A model generated the notes under the pieces. That model was given only the letters and a program-made list of their open reading frames with translations. It did not search any database and had not been told where the DNA came from. Positions 32,837 through 40,281 of a stretch of DNA of 46,687 bases are shown one piece after another (the first letter of the stretch is position 1; each line of letters begins with the position of its first letter). Location: the IMG/VR virus record IMGVR_UViG_3300027908_000010, positions 1 to 46,687 of that record. One strand, given 5' to 3'. Origin of the DNA: a virus. The translations under genes and the position numbers were made by a program.

Positions 32837-33072
32837 GCCGCGATGGACGGCCGCCCTATGACGATTACGAGGACGACCCGAATACGCGCATCGTGTATGT
32901 AAAATCTTCCAATGGAAACGGATGGAATTACTTCACCCAGGCTCTCATGGTGGCGCTTTTTCTCGCGGCGGGCGCGGTCATCTGGAATCTCTCAGGGGAG
33001 GTGCAGGTCCTCAAGTACAAATGTCCAAATCAGCCCCTCGAGCGCGGTTATGAATCTCCTAGACAGCCCTGA
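32833..33072 (+). CDS. small membrane protein (79 aa from GTG 32833)
   Basis: GTGA overlap with the tailspike stop. One TM helix, ALMVALFLAAGAVIW. The start codon is uncertain. Confidence 0.45.
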   Translation: MSRDGRPPYDDYEDDPNTRIVYVKSSNGNGWNYFTQALMVALFLAAGAVIWNLSGEVQVLKYKCPNQPLERGYESPRQP

Positions 33073-33349
33073 CGCAGTGCATGCCTCGGACGGCTCGCAT
33101 GTGCAGAGTGTGCGGCTTACCATGCCGCCAGCCAAGGACCTGATGATGGGCACAATCCTCGCTCTCAGCATCGTCATCAACATCTGGCTCATCTACGAAT
33201 ACCGGGACTTTCGTACTCAGGAGTGGCTGAAGAATAACGATCTCACGTTCTTCAAAACGAACGAATATGCGGACCTAAAAGCAAAGGTGCTCTCTCAGGA
33301 ATCTCTCATCAATTCATACGGGCTTAGGCAAGCCTGCAAGGAGAAATGA
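33050..33349 (+). CDS. membrane-anchored protein (99 aa from ATG 33050)
   Basis: Internal ATG of the 32912..33349 track ORF. TM helix MMGTILALSIVINIWLIY followed by a soluble tail. Confidence 0.45.
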   Translation: MNLLDSPDAVHASDGSHVQSVRLTMPPAKDLMMGTILALSIVINIWLIYEYRDFRTQEWLKNNDLTFFKTNEYADLKAKVLSQESLINSYGLRQACKEK

Positions 33350-33350
33350 A

Positions 33351-33545
33351 ATGTCCGGCGACGGTGGAATAATCGTAAGAAATGCAGCCATGCAAGGTCT
33401 GAAAGACCCTCTCGTTCACGGCGCTTTGCCGCCCGACATGGCGAAGAAGCTCGACGCCATCTTTGCGGCTGATCCGGGGACTTGGAATCCCCAGCAGTGC
33501 GCAAGCGTTGGTCAGGCCATGAAGTGGGCGCTCACGAATCTGTGA
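33351..33545 (+). CDS. hypothetical small protein
   Basis: 64 aa. GGAG SD upstream. Confidence 0.5.
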   Translation: MSGDGGIIVRNAAMQGLKDPLVHGALPPDMAKKLDAIFAADPGTWNPQQCASVGQAMKWALTNL

Positions 33546-33546
33546 T

Positions 33547-33900
33547 ATGCCGGACGCGAAAGGGCACGACAGCGTTACTCTGCGTGAGTACGTGGATATG
33601 CGCTTCGAGGCTTCCAAGGAAGCTATCAGTGCGGCTTTGTCTGCTGCCGACAGAGCTGTTGCAAAGGCTGAAATTGCGGTTGAAAAGCGCTTCGACAATA
33701 CAAACGAATGGCGCGGAACGGTCGAATCATTGCAACGTGATTATCCGACTCGCACGGAAACCAATCAAGCTTTTAGCACTATTGATGCAAAGCTCGACGT
33801 CCAACAAAAAATCATTTGGGTTGGGCTCGGGATCGTTCTGGCGGGACAGTTCTTTCTGGGTATCGCACTTGCCATAGTGCTGTTCTTTTTACGTAAATAG
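33547..33900 (+). CDS. tail-anchored coiled-coil membrane protein
   Basis: 117 aa. Helical N-terminal part and a C-terminal TM segment, IIWVGLGIVLAGQFFLGIALAIVLFFL. Confidence 0.6.
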   Translation: MPDAKGHDSVTLREYVDMRFEASKEAISAALSAADRAVAKAEIAVEKRFDNTNEWRGTVESLQRDYPTRTETNQAFSTIDAKLDVQQKIIWVGLGIVLAGQFFLGIALAIVLFFLRK

Positions 33901-33907
33901 AGGTTTT

Positions 33908-34099
33908 ATGATTCTTCTGATTCAAGTAGTCTGCGTGATCGCAGCCTTTGCTCTCGTGTATTGGTTCATTCAGTCGGTGAATCTCCCGCCGCCCATCAAG
34001 GCGCTGATCCTGTGCATCCTCGGACTTGTGGGTATCGTCATGATCTATAACTTTGCAGTCGGGGGGAACCTGGTCGCTGGACTACATCCAGTCCGGTGA
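33908..34099 (+). CDS. holin-like protein (two TM helices)
   Basis: 63 aa. TM helices LLIQVVCVIAAFALVYWFI and ALILCILGLVGIVMIYNF. GTGA overlap with the downstream enzyme gene. Confidence 0.55.
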   Translation: MILLIQVVCVIAAFALVYWFIQSVNLPPPIKALILCILGLVGIVMIYNFAVGGNLVAGLHPVR

Positions 34100-34542
34100 A
34101 CCTCCTTCTCACCCGTGGACCGCCAGCCGAAGACTGCACTCTCGGCAAGCTCAGCGTTACAAGCTATTCTTGGTACACGCTTGAGCCGCCGTGGCTTCCG
34201 GACCTCGATTACCTGGGCGGTACGCCGCTCCTATCCTGTGTGCCGCCCGGAGTGTATGCGCTCATCCCGCACGATAGCGTGAAGCACCCGCGCACCTTCG
34301 CCCTTTCGAATCCAGACCTTGGGGTTGTCGCATCCCCTGCATCCGACATGCGCGACGATGTGCTCATTCACTCAGGCAACGTCCTAGCCGACACCGAAGG
34401 CTGCATCATTCTGGGACTGCGGGATGGCATGATGTACGGGCAGGATGCGGTGTTGGAATCCCAGCCTGCGATAGCTGAATTCCGCATTGCTGTGCCTTGG
34501 GTTGAGGGGCATACTGTTTCCATTCTGGAGGCCACCGAATGA
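34096..34542 (+). CDS. DUF5675-like protein; candidate non-canonical endolysin (YkuD-like H...GC motif)
   Basis: 148 aa. CTLGKL...YTLEPPW...CVPPGVY...VLIHSGNVLADTEGCIILG. Flanked by membrane proteins on both sides. Confidence 0.6.
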   Translation: MNLLLTRGPPAEDCTLGKLSVTSYSWYTLEPPWLPDLDYLGGTPLLSCVPPGVYALIPHDSVKHPRTFALSNPDLGVVASPASDMRDDVLIHSGNVLADTEGCIILGLRDGMMYGQDAVLESQPAIAEFRIAVPWVEGHTVSILEATE

Positions 34543-34823
34543 ATGAGAACATCTTCCAGCAGGCTTGGGACTTTTGGATGTCGCATGGCACCAAGATCCT
34601 CGGCACCCTTTCCACGGTCGATATGGCGCTTCTGACGTTAAAGGCGCAAAGTCCGGAGATGTTCGGTTCTACCATGACGACATGGCTCACTATCGGTGGA
34701 GCGGTTCTCGGAGCCCTCACCATCCAGCGCGGCAATGCGAACACCAATGCCATCGCTACTGCGGTAGTCGCCAAGCAAGAATCTCAAGGACTTTCACCTT
34801 TGCAAGGATCTGTCAAACCATGA
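34539..34823 (+). CDS. membrane protein (two hydrophobic segments); holin/antiholin or i-spanin-like candidate
   Basis: 94 aa. Hydrophobic segments ILGTLSTVDMALLTL and WLTIGGAVLGALTI. ATGA-coupled on both sides. Confidence 0.55.
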   Translation: MNENIFQQAWDFWMSHGTKILGTLSTVDMALLTLKAQSPEMFGSTMTTWLTIGGAVLGALTIQRGNANTNAIATAVVAKQESQGLSPLQGSVKP

Positions 34824-35263
34824 AGTACCTTATCCTCCTGGCCGCTCTTACCCTCGCAGCCTCAATATCTAGCTGTGCAACCTTAGGCTCGATTACCGGC
34901 AATGCCGGTGCGGCGGAAACCGCCGTCATTGAGTTCTCGACTGCCAAGATCATAGAGAAGGAATCAGGCCCTGCAGCGCAGGCCGCAAAGGCTCTTGCTA
35001 TCAAGAACATCGCAACCGAGGTCAAGGGCGTGGCCTCAGGAAGTGCAACCCCTGCATCCTTGCTGGCGGTCGTAACCCCGTTCATCGCCAAGCTTCCGCA
35101 GTCGGACCAGATTCTCGCCAACATCCTAGTCGGGCAAATCGTGGCTGATCTGGGAGTGAAGGTGAATGCAAGTATTCTCTCGGCAGTGAACTCAGCCGCA
35201 GTCAGCGCAATCATGAATGACGTGATTTCGGCTTGTAACCTCTACATCCCTACTGCCACTTGA
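34820..35263 (+). CDS. lipoprotein (147 aa from ATG 34820)
   Basis: N-terminus MKYLILLAALTLAASISSC is a lipobox-type signal peptide. ATGA overlap with the upstream gene. Internal start of the 34565..35263 track ORF. Confidence 0.65.
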   Translation: MKYLILLAALTLAASISSCATLGSITGNAGAAETAVIEFSTAKIIEKESGPAAQAAKALAIKNIATEVKGVASGSATPASLLAVVTPFIAKLPQSDQILANILVGQIVADLGVKVNASILSAVNSAAVSAIMNDVISACNLYIPTAT

Positions 35264-35309
35264 TGCTCTCTGCCTAAATTGACTTAACCCAACACGCAAA
35301 GGAACTCAC

Positions 35310-35633
35310 ATGGCCAATGACATTCTCGTCGTAGTCACCCCTGTCTCCCCGCCGCCCCAGCTTCCCGGCACCGCCGCATTCGGCAAGGTGACCCTTGTCG
35401 TCACGGACGCCTCAGGAGCCGTACAGACGCAGTCTGTGACAGGCGTTGAGAACCCCCCTTACTCAGCCACCTTCACGAACCTTGCGGCCGGTGCAGGCTC
35501 TGTCGTGGCGACTTGCCTGGACGTTAATGGCGCGACCTTGGGTACGGCACTGTCCCAGGCGTTCACCACGGCTCCGGCGACTGGAGCGGGTACCTTTCCG
35601 CAGCCTGGATCCATTCAGGTCACTGCGGCTTGA
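35310..35633 (+). CDS. hypothetical beta-rich (Ig-like?) protein
   Basis: 107 aa. AAAGGA SD upstream. Last substantial + strand gene. Confidence 0.55.
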   Translation: MANDILVVVTPVSPPPQLPGTAAFGKVTLVVTDASGAVQTQSVTGVENPPYSATFTNLAAGAGSVVATCLDVNGATLGTALSQAFTTAPATGAGTFPQPGSIQVTAA

Positions 35634-35803
35634 ACGATCGGGACATCGACGGGAGATTGAAGCGGCTCGAGGAGCTGGTCTATCTTCTTGTCGATATCGC
35701 CCGCAGCGAGGGCCGGGACATCCACCGGCTCGAGCGGGAGTTTAAGGCAAGCCGAACATTTCCCCAGCCTGCCTCTATCTCTGTACGTCCTCTGAATCAG
35801 TAG
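35630..35803 (+). CDS. possible 57-aa coiled-coil ORF (TTG start), convergently overlapping the XRE gene end
   Basis: Hand translation gives LNDRDIDGRLKRLEELVYLLVDIARSEGRDIHRLEREFKASRTFPQPASISVRPLNQ. TTGA overlap with the upstream stop. Confidence 0.25.
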   Translation: MNDRDIDGRLKRLEELVYLLVDIARSEGRDIHRLEREFKASRTFPQPASISVRPLNQ

Positions 35804-36131
35804 GCGAGTAAGGCGCTTCCGATTTCAGAGCGGAACATAGCTCTGTGATCCAAGGTGAGGCAGTTCCAACTATAGGCAATCCGCCATAGAGCCGCTTCGG
35901 CCCTTCCGGCTTTGGGATCACTGAATCCAGCGGCACATTCAACACGATAGCTGAGCGCCATAGGAGGTCCACAGGCACGCGCTGACGGCCTTTCTCCAGA
36001 TTGGCATAGGTGGCTCGGGGAACTCCAATCGCCTTAGCAAGCGCCTCCTGCGTGAACCCACGGGCCTTGCGTTTGATGGTGAGCAAGATCCCGATTTCGA
36101 TCTGGAAGGCTTTGAGGTCGAAGTCAGCCAA
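35775..36131 (-). CDS. XRE-family HTH transcriptional regulator
   Basis: 118 aa. IKRKARGFTQEALAKAIGVPRATYANLEKGRQRVPVDLLWRSAIVL is a classic XRE HTH. Last gene of the leftward operon. Confidence 0.8.
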   Translation of the reverse strand: MADFDLKAFQIEIGILLTIKRKARGFTQEALAKAIGVPRATYANLEKGRQRVPVDLLWRSAIVLNVPLDSVIPKPEGPKRLYGGLPIVGTASPWITELCSALKSEAPYSPTDSEDVQR

Positions 36132-36318
36132 GGGTTTTCCGCTTTAGCAGTTGCTTAATGATCCAGATCAGATTGGGGAACGCATGCTCTGCATTCGGAC
36201 TGCCGCACAAGTCGCAATCGCCGTGCAGCTCTTTAGTGTCGGTGTGCTCTTCCCACGTCATCAGTCCCGGCCTATAGCACAGCGAGCAGACGCAGAAGCG
36301 GCCCAGAGGGTCTTTCAC
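36124..36318 (-). CDS. Cys-rich small protein
   Basis: 64 aa. GTGA-coupled. CVCSLC...CDLC. Confidence 0.5.
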   Translation of the reverse strand: MKDPLGRFCVCSLCYRPGLMTWEEHTDTKELHGDCDLCGSPNAEHAFPNLIWIIKQLLKRKTLG

Positions 36319-36611
36319 TTAGGCTCCGATTTCGATTTCACAGCAGAGCCTAGCGCTTCATTCAGTGCCTCAACGATGATCTTGGATGAGGTTTTGCGAG
36401 AATCCCAAGACCCCGTTTGAGTTGCCCCCACGATCCTCTCCAGGGCCGCGCGCAGGCGCGTGATCTCCTTGCCTTGGCGTTCGACCATCGCGGCTCCAAA
36501 ATTGCCACAATCGCAGCTAGGGCATATCCCCGGTCCTCCACACGATTGGTTGAAATACCGCAGCCCACATATCGTGCAGAGCATTCCGCCCGGAATTGTG
36601 TAGTCGTTCAT
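36315..36611 (-). CDS. Cys-rich (zinc-ribbon-like) small protein
   Basis: 98 aa. GGAG SD. CTICG...CGGPGICPSCDC, then a coiled-coil tail. Confidence 0.6.
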   Translation of the reverse strand: MNDYTIPGGMLCTICGLRYFNQSCGGPGICPSCDCGNFGAAMVERQGKEITRLRAALERIVGATQTGSWDSRKTSSKIIVEALNEALGSAVKSKSEPK

Positions 36612-36835
36612 TTAGGCTCCTGCGGCGGTACTGTCGGCACAATCTCCAAAGCCGACAACAACATTGTCTCTGTGTTCCGCCAACCTACGCTCGCTCTAGA
36701 CCAAGTCGCAAACGAGATTATGAATCCACAGAACCATTGCGCGCGCTCAAGATCCGGCAAGCAATCCACGTAGTCACGAGTACCCTGCAGGAATCTGATA
36801 GCGGCATCACAGCCTTGGTCGACTGGTGCTTTCAT
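36608..36835 (-). CDS. hypothetical small protein
   Basis: 75 aa. ATGA-coupled on both sides. Confidence 0.5.
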   Translation of the reverse strand: MKAPVDQGCDAAIRFLQGTRDYVDCLPDLERAQWFCGFIISFATWSRASVGWRNTETMLLSALEIVPTVPPQEPK

Positions 36836-37194
36836 TTAGGCGGTGTCGGTTCGTCACTGGGTCTTATCGGCCACACTTTGATTTCTGATGCTCCGAATTT
36901 GTACCCACAGTAAGGGCAAGGCGCAGACGGCCTTTCCAAGAAAAACCGCGCGCAGAAATGGCTCCCGCACTGCCATATAACGTGCTTCTCAGCGCCACGA
37001 AGCAAGTCTTCTAACGTTACAAACGTATGCCCAATATCTGGATATCGCTTGACCTCGTGGCCTTCCCATCGTTTCGCTCGAAGGCAGAAGCTTTTTCGGT
37101 CCGCCTCATAATGAAAGCATGGCGGACCAAGATTCATGACAACCTGGTCCCAATCGGCGTGGGAGGCAGCTTCGATTAACTGGTCCTTTGTCAT
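36832..37194 (-). CDS. Cys-rich hypothetical protein
   Basis: 120 aa from ATG 37194 (the track ORF starts at TTG 37209). C-terminus CGSHFCARFFLERPSAPCPYCG. Confidence 0.55.
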   Translation of the reverse strand: MTKDQLIEAASHADWDQVVMNLGPPCFHYEADRKSFCLRAKRWEGHEVKRYPDIGHTFVTLEDLLRGAEKHVIWQCGSHFCARFFLERPSAPCPYCGYKFGASEIKVWPIRPSDEPTPPK

Positions 37195-37201
37195 CTTGGC
37201 G

Positions 37202-37417
37202 TCACCCAAGCAAAGTATCGTATTTGATGCCGGTCGCGTCGTGGATTCGCACGAGCGTCACCACATCGCATCCCTTACCGGCTTCGATTCTGCATAGGGT
37301 CGCGGGGTTGACTCGCATCGAGCGTGCAAATTCCCGCAACCCAAGACACCGCAGCTCGCGAGCAAGTTTCATGGTCCTAGCGAGCTGTTCAGCCCATTGG
37401 TGCTGAGATGCGCTCAT
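37202..37417 (-). CDS. small XRE/Cro-like HTH protein
   Basis: 71 aa. LGLREFARSMRVNPATLCRIEAGK. Confidence 0.7.
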   Translation of the reverse strand: MSASQHQWAEQLARTMKLARELRCLGLREFARSMRVNPATLCRIEAGKGCDVVTLVRIHDATGIKYDTLLG

Positions 37418-37641
37418 ATGGTCTCTAGCGGCTCTGTGACGCCCAGCAGCTTCAGGATTTCCCTAGCTAAGGCCGCTTGGCTCGCATTGTCGGTATAGGC
37501 GTAATCGTACTGAATCTGGATGAAATCAAATGGTTCGCCCATACCCTCGTGCTGCATTTTGATGTGCACGGTTCCCATAAAGTCCTTCTCGACCCAGACA
37601 CGCTTGCCGTGCAGCTTCACAATTTTAGCTATTTCAACCAT
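37414..37641 (-). CDS. hypothetical small protein (75 aa from ATG 37641)
   Basis: The internal ATG avoids overlap with the upstream gene that ends at 37656. The longer Arg-rich extension to 37890 looks non-coding. Confidence 0.5.
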   Translation of the reverse strand: MVEIAKIVKLHGKRVWVEKDFMGTVHIKMQHEGMGEPFDFIQIQYDYAYTDNASQAALAREILKLLGVTEPLETI

Positions 37642-37655
37642 GACGCGAAGTTGAG

Positions 37656-38057
37656 TTATGACTGTGCCAGCGCCAACGGCGGCGGCATCGTCGGGATAGG
37701 AATGCCCGGATAGGGCTTCCGAAACGATGGCCCCTTCATCCACTGATTGCGAGCGAGAGCAGCGAGTTGCCCAAGATCGCCGCGCTGATATTCGTCCGCG
37801 TGTTCCTGGATATCCTCGATCAGCTCGTGTACGACCGTACCGCCGCATTCTCGCATCAGCCAGTCGGCCAGCACGGCGCAATGGCTGCAAACCCTATGGG
37901 TGCTCGCAGAGCCATCATAGACGCTATCGTGGCGCTCGTGAGGCTCGCCCACAAGGATGGTGCGGCGGCATTCCCCGCAGAGATGCTCGACGCGAGCGAC
38001 CGGAGTCGTCACGCAGTAGACGCTTGCGCGTTCGTCAGAGCCGTCAATCCGGCACAT
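37656..38057 (-). CDS. zinc-ribbon-like hypothetical protein (133 aa from ATG 38057)
   Basis: AGGAG SD before ATG 38057. HLCGECRR...RVCSHC. Confidence 0.6.
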   Translation of the reverse strand: MCRIDGSDERASVYCVTTPVARVEHLCGECRRTILVGEPHERHDSVYDGSASTHRVCSHCAVLADWLMRECGGTVVHELIEDIQEHADEYQRGDLGQLAALARNQWMKGPSFRKPYPGIPIPTMPPPLALAQS

Positions 38058-38082
38058 GTTTCGCTCCTGGGTTGTAATCGGT

Positions 38083-38268
38083 TCAGCCGATGGGGACGCA
38101 GATATAATGCTCGTTGTCGCCGTCGCCATCGATGATGTCGTGTCCCGCCTCTTGGCAGGCTGCGAGCGTGGTAAACGGCGGCGCATCGGTGTAGCGATAC
38201 TGTTTCTCGATTGTGCCCGCTGATGGGCCGCTTGACCAAAATAGAAAGATCCAAAGTACCCAAGTCAT
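38083..38268 (-). CDS. small membrane-anchored protein
   Basis: 61 aa. N-terminus MTWVLWIFLFWSSGP. ATGA-coupled upstream. Confidence 0.5.
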   Translation of the reverse strand: MTWVLWIFLFWSSGPSAGTIEKQYRYTDAPPFTTLAACQEAGHDIIDGDGDNEHYICVPIG

Positions 38269-38462
38269 TTCGGTTCTCCTGTGGGTGGGTTGTCTGGTGC
38301 TAACGTTCTAACAAGATCTTCGGCAGCGTCAAATTCGTTATTGGTGACCTTGCCTGCTGCGATCAAAATATTCCGCACTTTAATCGCATCGCCCACCTGT
38401 TTCTCAAGGAATTTTATGCGGTGGTGAGACTGAAGGTGCGGAACTCTCCTTTTACTTTCCAT
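38265..38462 (-). CDS. hypothetical small protein
   Basis: 65 aa. Ends in GEPK-stop, overlapping the next ATG. Confidence 0.5.
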   Translation of the reverse strand: MESKRRVPHLQSHHRIKFLEKQVGDAIKVRNILIAAGKVTNNEFDAAEDLVRTLAPDNPPTGEPK

Positions 38463-38485
38463 GTTCCCGTCCGTTTGACAATTGG

Positions 38486-38740
38486 TTAATTTTCGCCAAG
38501 GATCTTACGAATGCGCGCATGCGTGTCCATGCCCAAGCCGCCATTGTTATCTAGCTCTTTGAGCAGCGCTCGCCATTTTGGCTCTGGCGGGTCAGGGTCT
38601 TGCTCAGCTAAAAGCTCGCCCTCGCAGGACCAATACTGGGTGATGCGCCGCATGGGATCTTCCTGCGTACCTTTCCCGCGCACCGTAAGAGACGTGCGGA
38701 TCACTGGAATTATATAAACGTCTGTATTTGGTGCGCTCAC
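38486..38740 (-). CDS. hypothetical small protein
   Basis: 84 aa. GTGA-coupled upstream. Confidence 0.55.
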   Translation of the reverse strand: MSAPNTDVYIIPVIRTSLTVRGKGTQEDPMRRITQYWSCEGELLAEQDPDPPEPKWRALLKELDNNGGLGMDTHARIRKILGEN

Positions 38741-39009
38741 TTGGCCTCCGGTGTCGTTTGATCTTCGGGTTTGTCCGGCAGAACTTTATTCAGCCAGTCG
38801 CGCAGTGCGCGGGCCTCATGCACGTACATCCAATAGGCTCCGAGGAATAGGCACTGCCCTTGCACCTTGGCGCGTAGGCGCTCGAACGTTGGCGGCGAAG
38901 GGATACGCTCCTCAAAATGCAGGGAAAAGTCGTCTGCTTTGTTGAAGGTCTCCTCTCGTTTAGGTGCCTCATGACCGTCAGACATATGCCCGCAGTGCGT
39001 TGCGCTCAT
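38737..39009 (-). CDS. hypothetical protein (90 aa from ATG 39009)
   Basis: GGAGG SD and an ATGA overlap with the upstream gene's stop support the internal start MSATHCG. Confidence 0.5.
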   Translation of the reverse strand: MSATHCGHMSDGHEAPKREETFNKADDFSLHFEERIPSPPTFERLRAKVQGQCLFLGAYWMYVHEARALRDWLNKVLPDKPEDQTTPEAK

Positions 39010-39443
39010 GCCGCCTCCCATCTGAGTTTTTGCTGTAAAGGATGCTCGTCTGTGCGAGGCCGCGAACGTCGGGACCAACCTTTCTTCGTAGGCTTAGTCT
39101 TGCCTGTCACCTTGAAACCTGCGCCGCGTAAGCTCGCTCCGCTTTCTTCAACGAGTGTATAGGTAAGTACCTTGCGATAGCCCATTGCCGTTGCCACACG
39201 CACGCAGACGCGATACAGGAAGCTACAAGCGTTTGGAGTGCCATCGGTGCAGCACCGCCGGATTTCAACCGTATTGCCGTCCTGAAGCATCCTAGCGACC
39301 GGCATGGCTACAATCGCACAGCCCACGAATCTACCCTCATGCTCACAGCCCACAGCGAACAGCGCGCCCTGAATCTTCTTTTTCAGGTGGCGGTGATTCG
39401 CAGCCACGTAGGCGGTAGCAGCTCGTAGAGTCATAGGCTTCAC
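39006..39443 (-). CDS. small GNAT-fold protein of the XF1762 / Mom-like type (candidate DNA base-modifying acyltransferase)
   Basis: 145 aa. ANHRHLKKKIQGALFAVGCEHEGRFVGCAIVAMPVARMLQDGNTVEIRRCCTDGTPNACSFLY...YTLVEESGASLRGAGF matches the motif order I recall for this family (HxH ... vG.aivg.P.ar ... EirR ... NA.S ... tYt...E.G.SL.aaGf). Confidence 0.55.
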   Translation of the reverse strand: MKPMTLRAATAYVAANHRHLKKKIQGALFAVGCEHEGRFVGCAIVAMPVARMLQDGNTVEIRRCCTDGTPNACSFLYRVCVRVATAMGYRKVLTYTLVEESGASLRGAGFKVTGKTKPTKKGWSRRSRPRTDEHPLQQKLRWEAA

Positions 39444-39445
39444 GT

Positions 39446-39571
39446 TCAGTGCCGTCTCTCCGAGCTGTCACGCCACATCGCATTGCTGCGAGACCGGTAC
39501 AACCCGGCAGATCGGGCGGCGTTCCCCATTGGCCTGTGCTGCGTCATGTTGTTACGCTTGCATCGCTTCAT
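39446..39571 (-). CDS. possible 41-aa Arg-rich ORF that exactly fills the dam-GNAT gap
   Basis: Hand translation gives MKRCKRNNMTQHRPMGNAARSAGLYRSRSNAMWRDSSERRH. ATGA overlap with the dam stop, and it ends 2 nt before the GNAT GTG. The composition is also typical of chance ORFs in GC-rich DNA. Confidence 0.2.
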   Translation of the reverse strand: MKRCKRNNMTQHRPMGNAARSAGLYRSRSNAMWRDSSERRH

Positions 39572-40281
39572 GGTTTCGGTGTCACGGTTTGATCAGGTAA
39601 CACGCGCCCGTTGCCCTTGCACCGCGAGCACGTATACGAACTCAGGTGCGCACCGCCCGGACCTACCGGCCAGTGCGGTTCAATTTCACCCGTGCCACGG
39701 CAATTCGGACACTGGATCGTGCGCTGGTGCCAATCGATGCTGCTCACGGCTTCTCCGGCGGTTACACTGGGTCGCCAGACCTTCGCCCGGACGCCCAAAA
39801 GCTCACTGTCTAAAAGCGCGATCGCCATATCCTCGCCGTAGGCGCACAACACGATTCCGAAAGGCGGACACGTAACTTTGTCGCTCGAGGAAGCCCCCGG
39901 CCTGTGCCCGCGCTCGAAGTAGATGCGGCCTTTCAGGAATATCAGCGCTTGCGCGGCGTTCATGTAGTCCTGCAGGGCGTGCGTTTCGGTGCGCGCTGGC
40001 ATAAGCGCAATACCGTACCCGTGCTCGACCATTCGCTCGTACCATGGCCGCTTCCCTGAGAATGGCGGATTGAGCCACACAGCGCCTTGCCAGTCGGCTG
40101 TGAGGCCATTCTCAACCTTGGTCAGATGAACCTTCGCCGGGACTGACGACGGTGGAGCGCCTGGGCTGCACGGATCCAGATCGAAGGCGACGCCCAAGGA
40201 TTTGAACAGCCACGATGGTGTGTACCATTCATCGCTCTTGGGGCTAATGCCAGCGGTATCGAACAAATCTGCTTGTCTCAC
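39568..40281 (-). CDS. dam: phage-type DNA N6-adenine methyltransferase fused to a DnaJ-type CxxCxGxG zinc finger
   Basis: 237 aa. SDEWYTPSWLF...FDLDPC...WQGAVWLNPPFSG (NPPF motif IV). C-terminal CPNCRGTG...CSRCKGNG. Confidence 0.8.
   Translation of the reverse strand: MRQADLFDTAGISPKSDEWYTPSWLFKSLGVAFDLDPCSPGAPPSSVPAKVHLTKVENGLTADWQGAVWLNPPFSGKRPWYERMVEHGYGIALMPARTETHALQDYMNAAQALIFLKGRIYFERGHRPGASSSDKVTCPPFGIVLCAYGEDMAIALLDSELLGVRAKVWRPSVTAGEAVSSIDWHQRTIQCPNCRGTGEIEPHWPVGPGGAHLSSYTCSRCKGNGRVLPDQTVTPKP

Noticed and set aside
35775-36318. HigB/HigA-like toxin-antitoxin pair (a small ORF followed by an overlapping XRE HTH gene)
   Set aside because: The upstream 64-aa protein is Cys-rich and shows none of the RelE/HigB-type motifs I know. 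The gene arrangement alone is insufficient.
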